A stretch of DNA of 64,000 nt from Eledone cirrhosa (GCA_964016885.1 OZ024743.1:119846001-119910000); one strand, 5' to 3'; positions 1 through 11,759 are shown, counted from the stretch's first letter. A program made the numbers and translations. The notes: generated by a model not told the origin, from the letters alone.

Positions 1-446
1 GCTTCCCTTCCCAGCTCGAGCCGGTGGGGCTGGATCGAGGGGACGGCAAAAGGTTAGATGGCATGACCATCTTCCCGTTCCGCGGTAGCAAACATCTCGT
101 CTGGGATGCCACTTGCACCGCCACTTTCTGCAGCCGCAACCTGGTGCAGTCTGCGACTGACCCAGGTTCTGCTGCACGTCGGGCTGAGGGGACCAAACTT
201 CTCAAATACCGGTCGCTCTCTAGCAGGTTTGCGGTCGTACCCCTGGCAGTAGAGACTTCTGGTGTCCTCGGCTCCAGGGCTACCTCCTTACTCACCACCA
301 TAGGCGCTGGGCTGGCCAGCTGTAGGTGTGAGCCCCGCGAGTTTGAATGGCTCTTCCAGCGCGTCTCCCTCATCGTCCTCCGGGGAAACGCCTTCTCCAT
401 TCTGTCCGCCGGGGCTGTGGGTGGGACCCATCGCGTACCGTTGTAG
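1..446 (+). mobile_element. 3' part of a CRE-clade-like non-LTR retrotransposon ORF (restriction-like endonuclease domain)
   Basis: ORF 24-446 reads DGKRLDGMTIFPF..KHLVWDATC..K..KY..PLAVETSGVLG..QR.S...RGNA, the PD..D RLE C-terminus typical of CRE-like elements; truncated by the window edge. Confidence 0.75.
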
Positions 447-1235
447 TTGTTGTAGAAGAAACAGGAAGACAACTCCCAGCACACAAATACTCATCTATCT
501 AACTGTCTACCTACTTACCAAATTGCTTTTCTATCTATCTGTCTTTTTATCTATCAATTTGTATTACCATATATTTATCCTGCTATGTATATATATATAT
601 ATAATACTAGCAGTTTAGCCCGGCGTTGCTCGGGTTTGTTCATTTGCTATGAAAAGTTACATACAGGTAAATGTAGCTTGAAAGCGCATAAGCTTATCAA
701 TTAAGTGCATAAAGCAGTTGAACCGGTTATTAATAGTTACGAACCAATTAGCATTTTGGACAATCACTGATTGGTTAATAATCTTTCAATAGCGAATTTA
801 GTAGACCAAAGTTGCAAGATGGTGGCCCTGATACCGCTGGGTGTCAGATCTGTCCGCCATGGGTGACCCTACCAGTTTTCCAGACGGCATAGCTCCAGCA
901 CCTCCAACACCTGCACCAACATCTATAGCACCTCTTTGTAGACGATATTGCATGTCAGCCCTTGCGGAGTGTAAGTAAAAAGTCCATTCCTGCTCCCTAC
1001 GCGGGAACAGGCACCATAAAGTTAGCCATGGGAGATTAGCCAGTTTCAGTCTGAACACTCTGGCAATGAGGTCATGTTTGTTCGAATAATTTTGCCCAGG
1101 AAAAAGTTCACGGGTTACATTCCGATTCATATATCTATCTATTCATATGTTAATCTGTTATATGAAGTGTCATTTTGCGGGTTGTTATTTGCAATAAGCC
1201 GATTGAAAATGCCCCAGATAAGCCGTATGCCAATG

Positions 1236-1545
1236 CGGAACGCTCCACTGCAGTGTTGTCATATAGTGAGTGAAGAGCGACAGAGAGAGTAAAGCAGTTA
1301 AATTATAGAGAGGGGGAATATACGGAACGCTCCATTTGATCATATACATTGTTTCTCTCTCTGCGGTGTTGTCATATAGGGAGTGAAGAGCGACAGAGAG
1401 AGTAAAGCAGTTAAATCATAGAGAGGGGGAATATACGGAACGCTCCATTTGATCATATACATTGTTTCTCTCTCTGCAGTGTTGTCATATAGAGAGTGAA
1501 GAGCGACAGAGAGAGTAAAGCAGTTAAATTATAGAGAGGGGAAAT
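1236..1545. repeat. 113-bp tandem repeat (about 2.7 copies) inside the Helitron
   Basis: cggaacgctcca at 1236, 1323 and 1436; gtgttgtcatatag..gagtgaagagcgacagagagagtaaagcagttaaat occurs three times. Confidence 0.9.
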
Positions 1546-2016
1546 GACCATGATCGATTTTTGCCATTATTGTTGATTGATTTGAAATTTGTTTGCTTCA
1601 TGACCTTCTCCTGACCAAAAGCAATAATTGTCCCGACTTTGAATAGAATCCCGGGAAAAAAGTTTTCTCAATTTTTGTCTCATATTGAGAAAAACAAAGA
1701 AAGAAAATTACAAAAAGGACAACAATAAAATATAATGTTTTTGTTCAGAATCATGTAAATAAATGCTTAAGCGTCGTTATTGTTACGTTTGTTGTTTTAT
1801 AAATCCATCTGTTGCTTTTGAATATTTGTTATTTGATGTAAAATGTAAGTGTGTAAAATGTAACATTGAGAGAGCAGTATGTATTTAGTGGTATCGGCTT
1901 TTGAAATTTTGATATTTGATGTATGAGTGTCGTAAATGACTGTTTGTTGCTTAGGTTTCAAAGTTTGTGTCGCGTTCCTTCAAAAGAAGTTTTGTCGTTG
2001 TTCTAAACTGTAAAGA

Positions 2017-2165
2017 GTAGTAGACAGAGGCAGTAACCTTTTAAAGAGAGTTGCGGAGGAGATTGAGGGGTGAGTAGAGAGAGTAATGAACCTTTTAAAG
2101 AGAGTTGCAGAGGAGATTGAGAGTGGAGTAGAGGAAAAGATGAACCTTTTAAAGATAGTTGCAAC
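2017..2165. repeat. About 54-bp tandem repeat, 3 diverged copies
   Basis: aaccttttaaaga(g/t)agttgc at about 2036, 2089 and 2143. Confidence 0.8.
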
Positions 2166-2412
2166 ATGTATGTAGTTTCATATATTTTGATGGTAGTAGT
2201 GAGAGAAATGAAGCGTGTAAGAGAGAGGGTTACAGCATGTATTTAGTTTTATCGATTTTTTTTCATAGAAGCAGGAAACTTTTGGCAAAAATAATTACGC
2301 GTTGACCTTCCCTGGTAAATTTGCACATTGAAAAAAAATTCATCAATATCGGTAGAGAAATGTGGAAATGCATAAAAATCATACACACACACAGACAGAC
2401 ATCTACCGTTTA

Positions 2413-2508
<96 letters not shown>

Positions 2509-2992
2509 CATCATCACCATCATCATCCTCGTTTAACGTCCACTTTCCACGCTACCATGGGTTATATATATATATACATACTCTTGATTTGGCCAGGGAT
2601 GAATATTTCCAGATACTTTTTAGGTATGACTTTCCGTATTTATTCTTGGTATGAAATATTGATTGTTCTTCGGGTATCTTATCTCTGTTTTTAACCTAAG
2701 AAAATACCTATATGCGTGTATAAATAATACATGCATATATTTATTTTTTTTATATCCAATTGAGTTCTTCACGCATGGTTAAAATTATTGAAAGAATTAA
2801 TTGACCCGCGTGCATATTATTTTATTCTTTTATGTTTTGCGATGACCTCCCCTTTCCGCTTGATGGCAGTGTGAGATTTCTCATTGTGAGACTGCTGGAA
2901 TTTAAAATTTGGCGGTCATTCTGGCACGGAGGGGTACCATCGCTGAACATTAATATCGGTAAAGTTTTTTTTATATCTATATTTGTCGGGCA

Positions 2993-3114
2993 TCCACTGA
3001 TGATTTATAAGTGCCCACCTACATATATTCATACGGACTATGTGTAGGCTTCTACATAACCTGGACATTATTTTCCCAATTTGAAGAAAACTTATAATGA
3101 AACGATCGTTTGGA
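2993..3114 (+). ncRNA. Type-I hammerhead ribozyme fold with long stem II and minimal palindromic stem III (PLE-associated)
   Basis: tcca-CTGATGA-t-ttataagt[77 nt]acttataa-t-GAAA-CGATCG-TT-tgga: stem I tcca/tgga, 8-bp stem II, intact core. Confidence 0.7.
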
Positions 3115-3289
3115 AAGAGATATGTATTTTAATTATGTCTCATAAAATAATACAACTGGCTATCCGCAAAATACGTATAGTTAGCACCCCAAACGTATAA
3201 TTGGGATTATACTAAGGTATATCCTAATGTTTGTTGAGTGAGACGGAAGCCGGTCGGAGTATTGCTTAAAGCTTTCTCTGTTAATGTAT

Positions 3290-3349
<60 letters not shown>

Positions 3350-3370
3350 ATTTATTAAATAACAGATTAA

Positions 3371-3421
3371 AGTTTAAGCAAAGAATCGCTGCTTTCACCC
3401 TTAACGGGATCTTCTGAAACT
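3371..3421 (-). ncRNA. Variant hammerhead fold (CAGAAGA core), copy 1
   Basis: Minus strand: AGTTT-CAGAAGA-t-ccc-gttaa-ggg-t-GAAA-GCAG-cgattct-TTGC-TT-AAACT; stems I, II and III all pair. Confidence 0.6.
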
Positions 3422-4429
3422 AACAAAGTCAATCTGTAAACCCAGAAGTGGATATTTCAAAAAACGTTGCAACCGGAGGAAGACAGGAAGACGATACTTT
3501 GGTTCGTGGAAAGATTCGCTGGCAAAGAACGGGAAAAAACGAATATAATACGTCATTAATAGGAGCGGTGAAAACCAATTACGCGCAAAGACAGAACCAC
3601 GTTTATGGTATAACAGAGGTCGTAGACTAATGTTCTCTTAGGGGGTGCATAGAGACGTTCTCTGGCAATGAACGAAAAAACGAAGATAATAAGTCATATG
3701 TGGAGCGTAGAGAACAATAGCACGCAAAAACAAAACCACGTAAATGGTATAGCAGAAGTCGTAGACTAAAATTCTAACCAGGAGACCAAATGAATCTCCG
3801 CTACAGAGTTAAGAACAAAGTAAATAAATACAATACAGAAGTAATAGAAATAAATAAATACGTACACGCAAACAAATACGTACATACACAAGCATACGCA
3901 AAACCTTACCATAGGTATACAAAACCACGCACATATAAATATGTGTGTTTGTGTGTGTATGCTTGTGTACAAATAAATAAGTAATTATATAAACGTATAT
4001 AAGTAAATAAATATGTATATAACAAGCGCACACACATACCTACATATAAATACACGAATGTTCGGAGACGTAAGTCAACTAAAACAAGAAGTACACATAT
4101 ACACACACCCACCATACGTACGAACCTGCATACTCACGCAGACGCAAAACTCCCGTATACACATAGCCAAACCCTAAATACCAGAATATATAAAAATTAT
4201 ACGCCATAACAATCAAATATACGTACGAGAAGGTATACATACCTTCACAAAACATACGGGTAATATATACTTACCTATGCAAATAAGTAAAGGAATAAAC
4301 AAAACATATACTTAGCTCCCACATCAAGACATAAAATATCCACGTATAGATCGTAATATCCGTTAAGGTATAACGTTGGGCTGTAATACAGGAAAGTTTT
4401 GTGCAATTTATGTTTACAAGCCGAAATTC

Positions 4430-4900
4430 CTCAGATTTTTTGTTTAAGATGTGGTCTGTGGCGTAGAGTATTTCCAGGGCCTCAGCGGCGCAGAGGTCAC
4501 ATGGTCTTTTATTTCCGTTATACGATCTAGCCCTAGCTAGGATCTCCCAGTGTAACTTATATTGGGTGTGGTTGTCTTTTAGACTCCAGATATAAGCTGA
4601 AAGTGACGTCATATTCCTTCTTAGAGGGTAACGAAAAGAATGGGTATGCATGTAAAGACGCTGCTTGAAACTATTGGCGGTTAACCCTATGTAGGCCCTA
4701 CGAGACGTGAGTGTTACAACCTTACATTTGTAGACAATGTTACTAGAGAGGCATTTCCCGGATAGGGGGCAATCAGCCCGATTCCTACAATTACAGTTAG
4801 TACTAACTACAGGGTTGCACGTGTTCCTACGGCTAGGTAGTTTAGCTAAATTTGAAGCTGTGATGTTATGTGCAAGGTTAGGAGTCGTAGAGTAAGAACG
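4430..4900 (-). pseudogene. GIY-YIG endonuclease domain of a Penelope-like element
   Basis: CNCRNRADCPLSGKCL..IVYKC..YIGLTANSFKQRLYMHTHSF..TSLSAYIWSLK..CDLCAAEALEI..LNKKSE, within ORF 4271-5047. Confidence 0.85.
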
Positions 4901-5197
4901 GTCAGACGAGGGGGTGAAAGTGAGAGGGAGAAAGGGAGAGGAAGAAAGTGGGGTAAGAGTAGATAGGGAGACAATGAGGGGAAGGAAGAGGGGTGAGAGT
5001 AGAAAGTGGCGAAATAGGAAGGTAGAAGGGGAGAGAAGAATGGTCACATCGAAAGACGTGATGAAATATATGGAGAATAGAAATGGTTGTATATATATAT
5101 ATGTATATAAAACTTAAGCCAAATTGTTTATCTGGGGGGATAATTTCTGTTTTACTTATTTTCAGAGCATCAGAGACAGTTAACTTTATAAATTGAT

Positions 5198-5245
<48 letters not shown>

Positions 5246-5282
5246 GATGATGATGATGATGATGATGGTGATGGTGATGATG

Positions 5283-5899
5283 ATGAAGGCTGCCCCCTCG
5301 TTATCGAGTATGGCCATTGCAAGATATAACATTATTAATGATTATCAGTTAATGCCATCGTGCAATGCCTGTGCGTGAAACTTTTTTTTAAAGTGAGGAA
5401 AGACTGTGCACTGAGCCAATCCCACTCTCTGAGCGACGGAATAGAAGAAAAGTTCAACATCATCGGTAACTACTGAACCACAGATTTTATGTCGAAGTTA
5501 TCCCAGTTTACCGAGTTGCCTTCTCCTAGAAGAATACTCTGACAAAGGCTAGGGATCCTTCACTCCCAGTGGTTTATCCGCGCGATCGGGTATCCAGCCC
5601 GATTATTTCTATGTCCCCGCGCATATACATACACATGCATACGTGTATATACATATATATATACACACATACAAATACATACATGTATATACATATTTAC
5701 ACATTTTTGGATGTCCGTTGCTTCTTATGAGTTCTTCCGCCCTTTGTCAGGTTTTGTGTTTTGTCTTGCTGGTGTCCAAAATAACCCTCCTCACCAAGTA
5801 AAATTGGTGAGGTTGCCGGTTTAGTCACCGACGACCCGACTATGCAACAGGTTGTATTGGGTTACATGTTACCAGTAGCACTCAAGAGTGACCTGACAT
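5283..5899 (-). mobile_element. Bipartite RTE-derived non-autonomous retroposon, subfamily A
   Basis: Colinear homology to 5957-6568; RTE-type motif ctaggagaagg; 3' end ggccatactcgataacgagggggcagcc followed by a (CAT)n tail; interrupted by a microsatellite at about 5622-5703. Confidence 0.7.
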
Positions 5900-5956
5900 A
5901 ATACATACATACATACATACATACATACATACATACATACATACATACATACATAC

Positions 5957-6568
5957 ATGGTGGCTGCCAACTCGTTTTCGAGTACGGCCACTACTTTATA
6001 TCCATGTAGGAGAACCCCTACCGATGCGCTGAATGAGTGTGACTTTTTAGTCCAGCCAGCGACTTGAAAACTCTGGTACAAACACTACACTTGTGACAAT
6101 TATTGACACATAGTGCTGGGCCCATGGTACCATGTGACGACAAGTGCAGAGAGATCTCCAGATATAAAGCAATGCCTGTGCCGTGAAGCTTTTATAGTGA
6201 GCAAAGGCAGTGCACAAAGCCAGTCCCACTCTCTTAACCAAGATGATATTTACCAAAATGAAGAACAAGTCAACATCATTGGATACCATCAGGGTTGCAG
6301 GTGTTATATCAGAGTTTTCCTTCTCCTAGAATTCTGCCTTGACAAAGGCTAAGGGGTCATCTCTCCCGGTGATTTTGGATGGCCATTGACTCTTAAGAGT
6401 TCCTTTTCCCTTTGACAGGTTTTGTTTTTAGTCCTGCAGGATGTCCAAAGTCACCCTCCTCACCAAGCAACCTTGGTGGGGTTGTCAGTTTAGATGCCAA
6501 CAACCCGACCATGGGACAGGTTGTACTGGAATACATGTTACCAGTAGCACCAACTGGTGACCTGACAT
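5957..6568 (-). mobile_element. Bipartite RTE-derived non-autonomous retroposon, subfamily B, copy 1 (612 bp)
   Basis: Near-identical to 18517-19128 and 56647-57242; RTE 5'-UTR-like motif ctaggagaaggaaaactctga; remnant zinc-finger C-terminus C..C....FKSLAGLKSH; (TACA)n on both sides. Confidence 0.8.
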
Positions 6569-6644
6569 AATACATACATACATACATACATACATACATA
6601 CATACATACATACATACATACATACATACATACATACATACATA

Positions 6645-7172
6645 GGTACTAAATTGTGGTTTCGTATTACGAATTCCTGCAGTAAGTTGCCCCGATTTCC
6701 AAGGTTTCCGACACCATTACGGTCACGTTGTTGGCATAAGCCGACGCCGCTTTCCGCAATCCCGGTTCCAACGGGATACCCTGCAGCAGCTCCAACTTCC
6801 GCAGTAGTGGCTCTAGCGTCAGTACGTACAGAATGGAGGAGAAAGGGCATCCCTGTCGGATGGAACGCGTGATTGCGAACGGCTCCGATAGGTAGCCGTT
6901 CACCTTGACCATCGAGCAGATGTTGGTGTGCATTGCGACGATCCAGCCTCTGAAGACGGGTCCGAAAACGGCCGCCTTGAGAACCGCTTCGAAGTATCGA
7001 TGGTCGACCCTATCGAACGCCTTAGACTGATCTAAGTTGATAAGAGCCCCCACCGAAGCCGGATTTACACCCACCCTCTCTATGATGTATCGCATGAGGT
7101 GGAGGTTGTCGTGTATGGACGTGGTCGGGATTGCACACGTTTGCGCTTTCGCTACTAGGTTCTCGACAACAA
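6645..7172 (-). pseudogene. Internal RT fragment of a Tx1-like LINE
   Basis: ORF 6667-7095, ALINLDQSKAFDRVDH..SIRQGCPFS..AYANN, homologous to ORF2 at 25845-29282 with YADD mutated. Confidence 0.9.
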
Positions 7173-7574
7173 ACTAGATAGATAAATAGATAGTTAGATA
7201 GATAAATAGATAAATGGATAGATAGATAGATATATAGATAGATAGATAGATAGATATGTTTCTTTTATTTGCCACAAGGGCATCAAAAGTGGGACAAGTA
7301 CAATGGGGGGAGTTTACAAAACAAGGCGTCCTCAATAGGGAGGAGGCAATAACAATATATAAAAATAAAATAAAATATAACAAAAAATAGAATTATAACA
7401 AAATCCTCAATAGAGGATTTTGTTATAAAATATAACAAAAAATAAAATTTATAACAAAATCCTCAATAGAGAGGAGGCGCCTTGGGGGGTCGCACACACC
7501 CCCGAAAAAGTGTGCAACCCTTTTCCTCAGGAGCACAGAGAAGGGGTGCTCCCTTGGTCTTTCATCTTCCTCAC

Positions 7575-10500
7575 CTATAGTCTGATGTAGAGTGAAGGCC
7601 CATTCACACGGGCCATTCTCGCCACTTTCACCCACCTTTCATAAAAACGAGTGGGGTGCAGCACCTCTCTCTCCATCCTGATCCTTCTTCCGAAATGATA
7701 TCGGAAGAAACGGACCAGTTGTTGGCCAGAGAGAAAGGTGCCTGACCTCAGTTCTTTCAGACGCGTCCACCATACAACCTCTTTCGCCATGGCTATTACG
7801 CACAGAAACACCGCCTCTGCTTCATCTTTGAAGGGGGGAGGCGGCTTGATCATTACAATAGACTCGGTGGTCAACCGGATCGGTCCCACCCTTGACAGCA
7901 GTTGTTCGACATAGCCCCACAGATCGGCTACGCCCGAGCAGTGTACCAATGCGTGTGCAACGGTTTCCTCGTCGCACACGCATCTGGGACAGATCTTTTT
8001 GGCGGGGTCCCTACCCGGGCGCCCGTGTCTGTAGAGCCTTTCTCGAACGGGTAAAGCTCCTCGGTAGCACTGCCAGGCCAGGGACTTCTGGAAGTTGTCC
8101 ATAGGTCCCGGGCTGAATGTCCTACCGAACAGGCTGGCCAGTTCGTCCTCCTCCATGTCTAGGGCTTCTCCGAGGGCGTCGTCGCACCTGCTGCGTACCA
8201 GCCCTCTATAGAATGTTGCGGTGGAGTCTCCACTGATAACCGGATCCGCCTGCCAGAGGGCGGTGAGCGCCTGGGCACACTCAGTGTGCCAGGCGCCCAG
8301 TTTTCTCGGTCTTTGCTTGACCCAGGATTGCAGCTCGGTGAGTGAGACGAGTCTGGGAAAGGTTCGTCTCACAAACGAGGCCCACACCGGTTGTCCGGTG
8401 AGGAATACGTAGAGGTGCCGTAGCCTTAATGCGTGTTTACGCATCATTAGCCACGGCATCCCCAGCCCTCCTTTCGAAGGGTGTTGACAGCAGATGGATC
8501 TCCTCACCATAGGAGCCCGCCTCTTCCAAAGGAATTGGAAGAGCGCGCGCTCCATCTTGGTGAGGGTTTCCCTTGGGCAGGGCACTATGGTCAGGCGGTA
8601 GTAGATGACGGACGCTATGTAGGTGTTCGCCACCTCTGCCCGACCTTTCAGGGATAGTTTGCAACTGGCCCACTTCTGGGTCAGTGCAAACACCCTGTTC
8701 GTAACCTCCGCCCAGTTTTTCTCCACCTGGAGGTCCGGTCCGAACCAGACCCCGAGCAACTTCACCGGGCCCTCCGTCCAGCGTCCGACGACGCCATCGG
8801 AGGGCATCGGTCTGCCCCTCCACGTGCCGAGTTGCAAACCGATCGACTTGTCCCGGTTCAGCTTAGCCCCTGTGAACTTTTCGTACTCCTCCAGTAAGGT
8901 GCCGACCGCCTCGATTTCGGAGGCCGTTGACACCATTACTGTCACGTCATCGGCGTAGGCCGACACCGCTTTCCGCAATCCCGGTTCCAAAAGGATGCCC
9001 TGCAACAACTCCAACTTCCGCAGTAGTGGCTCGAGAGTCAACACATACAGAAGGGAGGAGAGAGGGCACCCTTGTCGGATGGACCGCGCGATTTTGAACG
9101 GCTCCGAGAGGTAGCCGTTCACCTTGACCCTAGAGCAGATGCGGCTGCTGTGCATAGCAGTGATCCAGCCCCTGAAAACGGGTCCGAAGCCTGCCGCCGC
9201 TAGCACCGCATCCAGGTAACCATGGTCGACCCTATCGAACGCCTTAGATTGATCCAAGTTGATCAGAGCCCCACCAAAGCCGGGTTCGTTCCCAACCCTC
9301 TCTATGATGTATCGCATGAGGTGGAGGTTGTCATGGATGGACCTGGACGGGATAGCGCATGTCTGCACATCTCCCACCAGGTTGCCCACGACAAGCGCCA
9401 ACCTCTTTGCTAGCACCTTGGCCAAAATCTGTAACTCTGTATTTAGCAGAGTTATGGGCCTGAAGTTACTTATTTCGTCCCCCTTGTTCTCGTCCTTCCT
9501 CACTAGCGTGACTACGCCCTTGGTCACAGTACAGGGAATTCTCCCGTTCTGTTGCCAGTTGCAGTAGACCGCCTCGAGGAGATCGGGGAACAAGTCCGGC
9601 ATAGCTAGATATAATTCGTAAGGAAGACCATCGAGACCCGGGGATTTGCGTTTGCCGCATTGGCTCAGCACGTCCTCTATCTCAGCGGCCGAAATCGGCT
9701 CCTCGCAGGACTTCGCCTCCCTGTCCGAGAGGCGCGGCAGGCCGTCGAGGTATGGACCGAAGTCCACGTTCCCAACCGGCTCCCCGCCCCTCCCGAACAG
9801 TCGGGCAAAGTGCCTTTGAAAGGCCTCACACATCTGCTTAGGCTCAACGCAGCCTTCGTGCTTCGCGTCGAAAAACTGGCTCAAAGCCGTTCTCGACGCT
9901 AGCACTCTGGCCACGTCGCCGCTTCTAATTGCCTCTTCTACTCTATCTATTAGCTCCCTTTCCTTCCTATTCCTATCCGCAGCTAGAACCTTACTAAATT
10001 CTATCGAGACTACTCTAATCTCTCTCTTTAGAGATACCCACCACCTGCTGTTGACGATCGCTCCAGTCAACCGTTCCTTAACTAACGTACTAATCCGATT
10101 CCTGTAGGCTCTACTTGCCGGCAAGGACAAGTTGAGCTTCCAGTAACCGGGGCCCTGTCTATGAGTTCTGTCAAGGTTGACCATGCAGGTCACTAATTTG
10201 TGGTCTGAATAGCCAACCATGCGCATTTTTGGACAACTTAAAAAGTCCTTATCCTTAATTCTAACTAAGAACCTATCTAGGTACGACCTAGATGATCCGC
10301 TACGATTTTCCCAAGTCCAGGTTGGCGCAGTCGGAAAATCTAGTCGATATCTATCGGCCAGGTCAAATCGACCGATTAACCCTTTGAGGCTATTACACCC
10401 CTCTCTATCGGGGCAGGCCCCTACGTAGTCCCAGCGTGCATCTAGGATACCATTCCAGTCCCCCACTAATAGCAAGGAGCGGGACGTCCCTAGAAAAGTC

Positions 10501-10694
10501 TCCAGACGATGGAAGAAGTCCGGCCGCATTGACCCGAAAGGGCCGTAGGCGGCTACCAACCTAAACGCTCCGCCTTTACCACTGCCAAGGTCCAGAACCA
10601 CTAGTCGACCCTCCGGGTCCAAATGTACCATCTGTGTTGCGAGACCCAGATGTTTTTGCAGCAGAACGACAGAAAACCTGTCAAAACCCACCAT
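7575..10694 (-). pseudogene. Tx1 ORF2 (APE-RT-CCHC) lacking the endonuclease N-terminus and 44 aa of linker
   Basis: GDWN, SRSYLD and YSDH APE motifs; QGCPLS and YADD RT motifs; CPRC..ETVAHALVHC; alignment with the intact copy shows the deletions. Confidence 0.9.
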
Positions 10695-11446
10695 ATGTCC
10701 ATAATCGGCAGAATGGTGTGGATTTTTATTTTTTGTGTTCTTCTACCCATGTACGTAGGGTAGAAGGTGTATGCGGTGGATGTGATTGGTTTGATGGACA
10801 GTTTCACTGCTGTGTCCCTGTCCTTCATGAGAATGGATAGACTCCCGTAGAGTCTATCCTTCTGAATGAAGGTGATGTCCTTCATGACGTCTTTTAAAAC
10901 CAGCTCTATCTCGCTCTGTGATGGTTGAGCTGGTTTTTTACTTTTGTTCGAGATTGTCCTAAACATGACCGTGTTTAGGAGTCTCTGGCTTTTTAGTTCC
11001 GGGGGGGGGGGGGAATGGATTGTGAATGAACCATTTTCTCCGTACACTATATATTTTTTCGCATCCGCCAGTAGCTCCTTCGCTTTTGTTATATCTACTG
11101 GCAGATAGTCGAGGGTTTTCCTTGTCGTCTCGGCGAAGGAGAAATTTTGTTTGTTTGTGTTGTTGTTGTCGTTGGTGGTGTTGTTGTTATCATTGTTGTT
11201 GTTGTTGTTATTGTTATTGTTATTGGTGTTGTTTTCGTCCGTCGCATTGTTGTTGTTGTTGCTGTTGCTGCTGGTTCTTTGGGTTGTTGTCATGGCAACG
11301 TCAAGTTGTCGGTTAACAGGTGGAGAGAATTCTTCCTCTGGCTGACCTTTCTTCTTGACCTCTGCTACTGTGACAGTGGCAGGGGGAAGCTGTAAGTTCA
11401 TCTTCCCCTTTCCTCCTTCGAATTTTGGTGAAGAAGCTTCGGCCAT
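10601..11446 (-). pseudogene. Tx1 ORF1, C-terminally deleted (zinc knuckle lost)
   Basis: Aligns to ORF1 29316-31232 up to IWWVLTGF (DIT.A..LL.DAK.Y, FRT.SN, F.PTYMG.RTQKI). Confidence 0.85.
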
Positions 11447-11659
11447 TTAAACAAATATTGACTTTTCAACAAGAAAAAACTTTTTTTTTGTTTAACTATT
11501 TCGCCTAAAGGCGTAGAATATTTTGAGAGACTGACCAGATCAAAGTTTGACCTGGCAGTCCCTCTACAAAATGGTACAAAAATTAAAGTTATCAGACAAG
11601 AATTTCTATAGAAATTTAAACAGAACTTACTCAGCAAGTTATACGCGTGTGTCCATCCC

Positions 11660-11759
<100 letters not shown>

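Larger units (their letters stand above)
607..2415 (-). mobile_element. Non-autonomous Helitron with a Rep fragment and internal minisatellites
   Basis: Minus-strand 3' end is a GC hairpin (618-635, gcccggcgttgctcgggt) 7 nt before CTAG|T (607-610). 1040-1130 encodes VTRELFPGQNYSNKHDLIARVFRLKL, a RepHel Rep-region motif. The 5' end merges into (TA)n and is approximate. Confidence 0.75.
3350..5090 (-). mobile_element. 5'-truncated Penelope-like element: GIY-YIG end, long 3' region, terminal hammerhead-like motif
   Basis: GIY-YIG ORF upstream on the minus strand, hammerhead fold at 3371-3421, both ends in (TA)n. Confidence 0.75.

Noticed and set aside
1236-1545. Repeat array as CRISPR-like
   Set aside because: Whole units repeat with no unique spacers; eukaryotic Helitron minisatellite
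5115-5185. Hammerhead-like CTGATGC..GAAA on minus
   Set aside because: Core and cleavage-site pairing are broken; at best a decayed copy
6113-6352. 79-80 aa ORFs conserved in three places (MLGPWYHV.., MVSNDVDL..)
   Set aside because: Conservation reflects recent copying of the retroposon; not preserved in subfamily A and no recognisable domain
9835-9855. 132-bp ORF2 deletion as a spliced intron
   Set aside because: The removed segment starts GT but does not end AG; a short-microhomology deletion fits better
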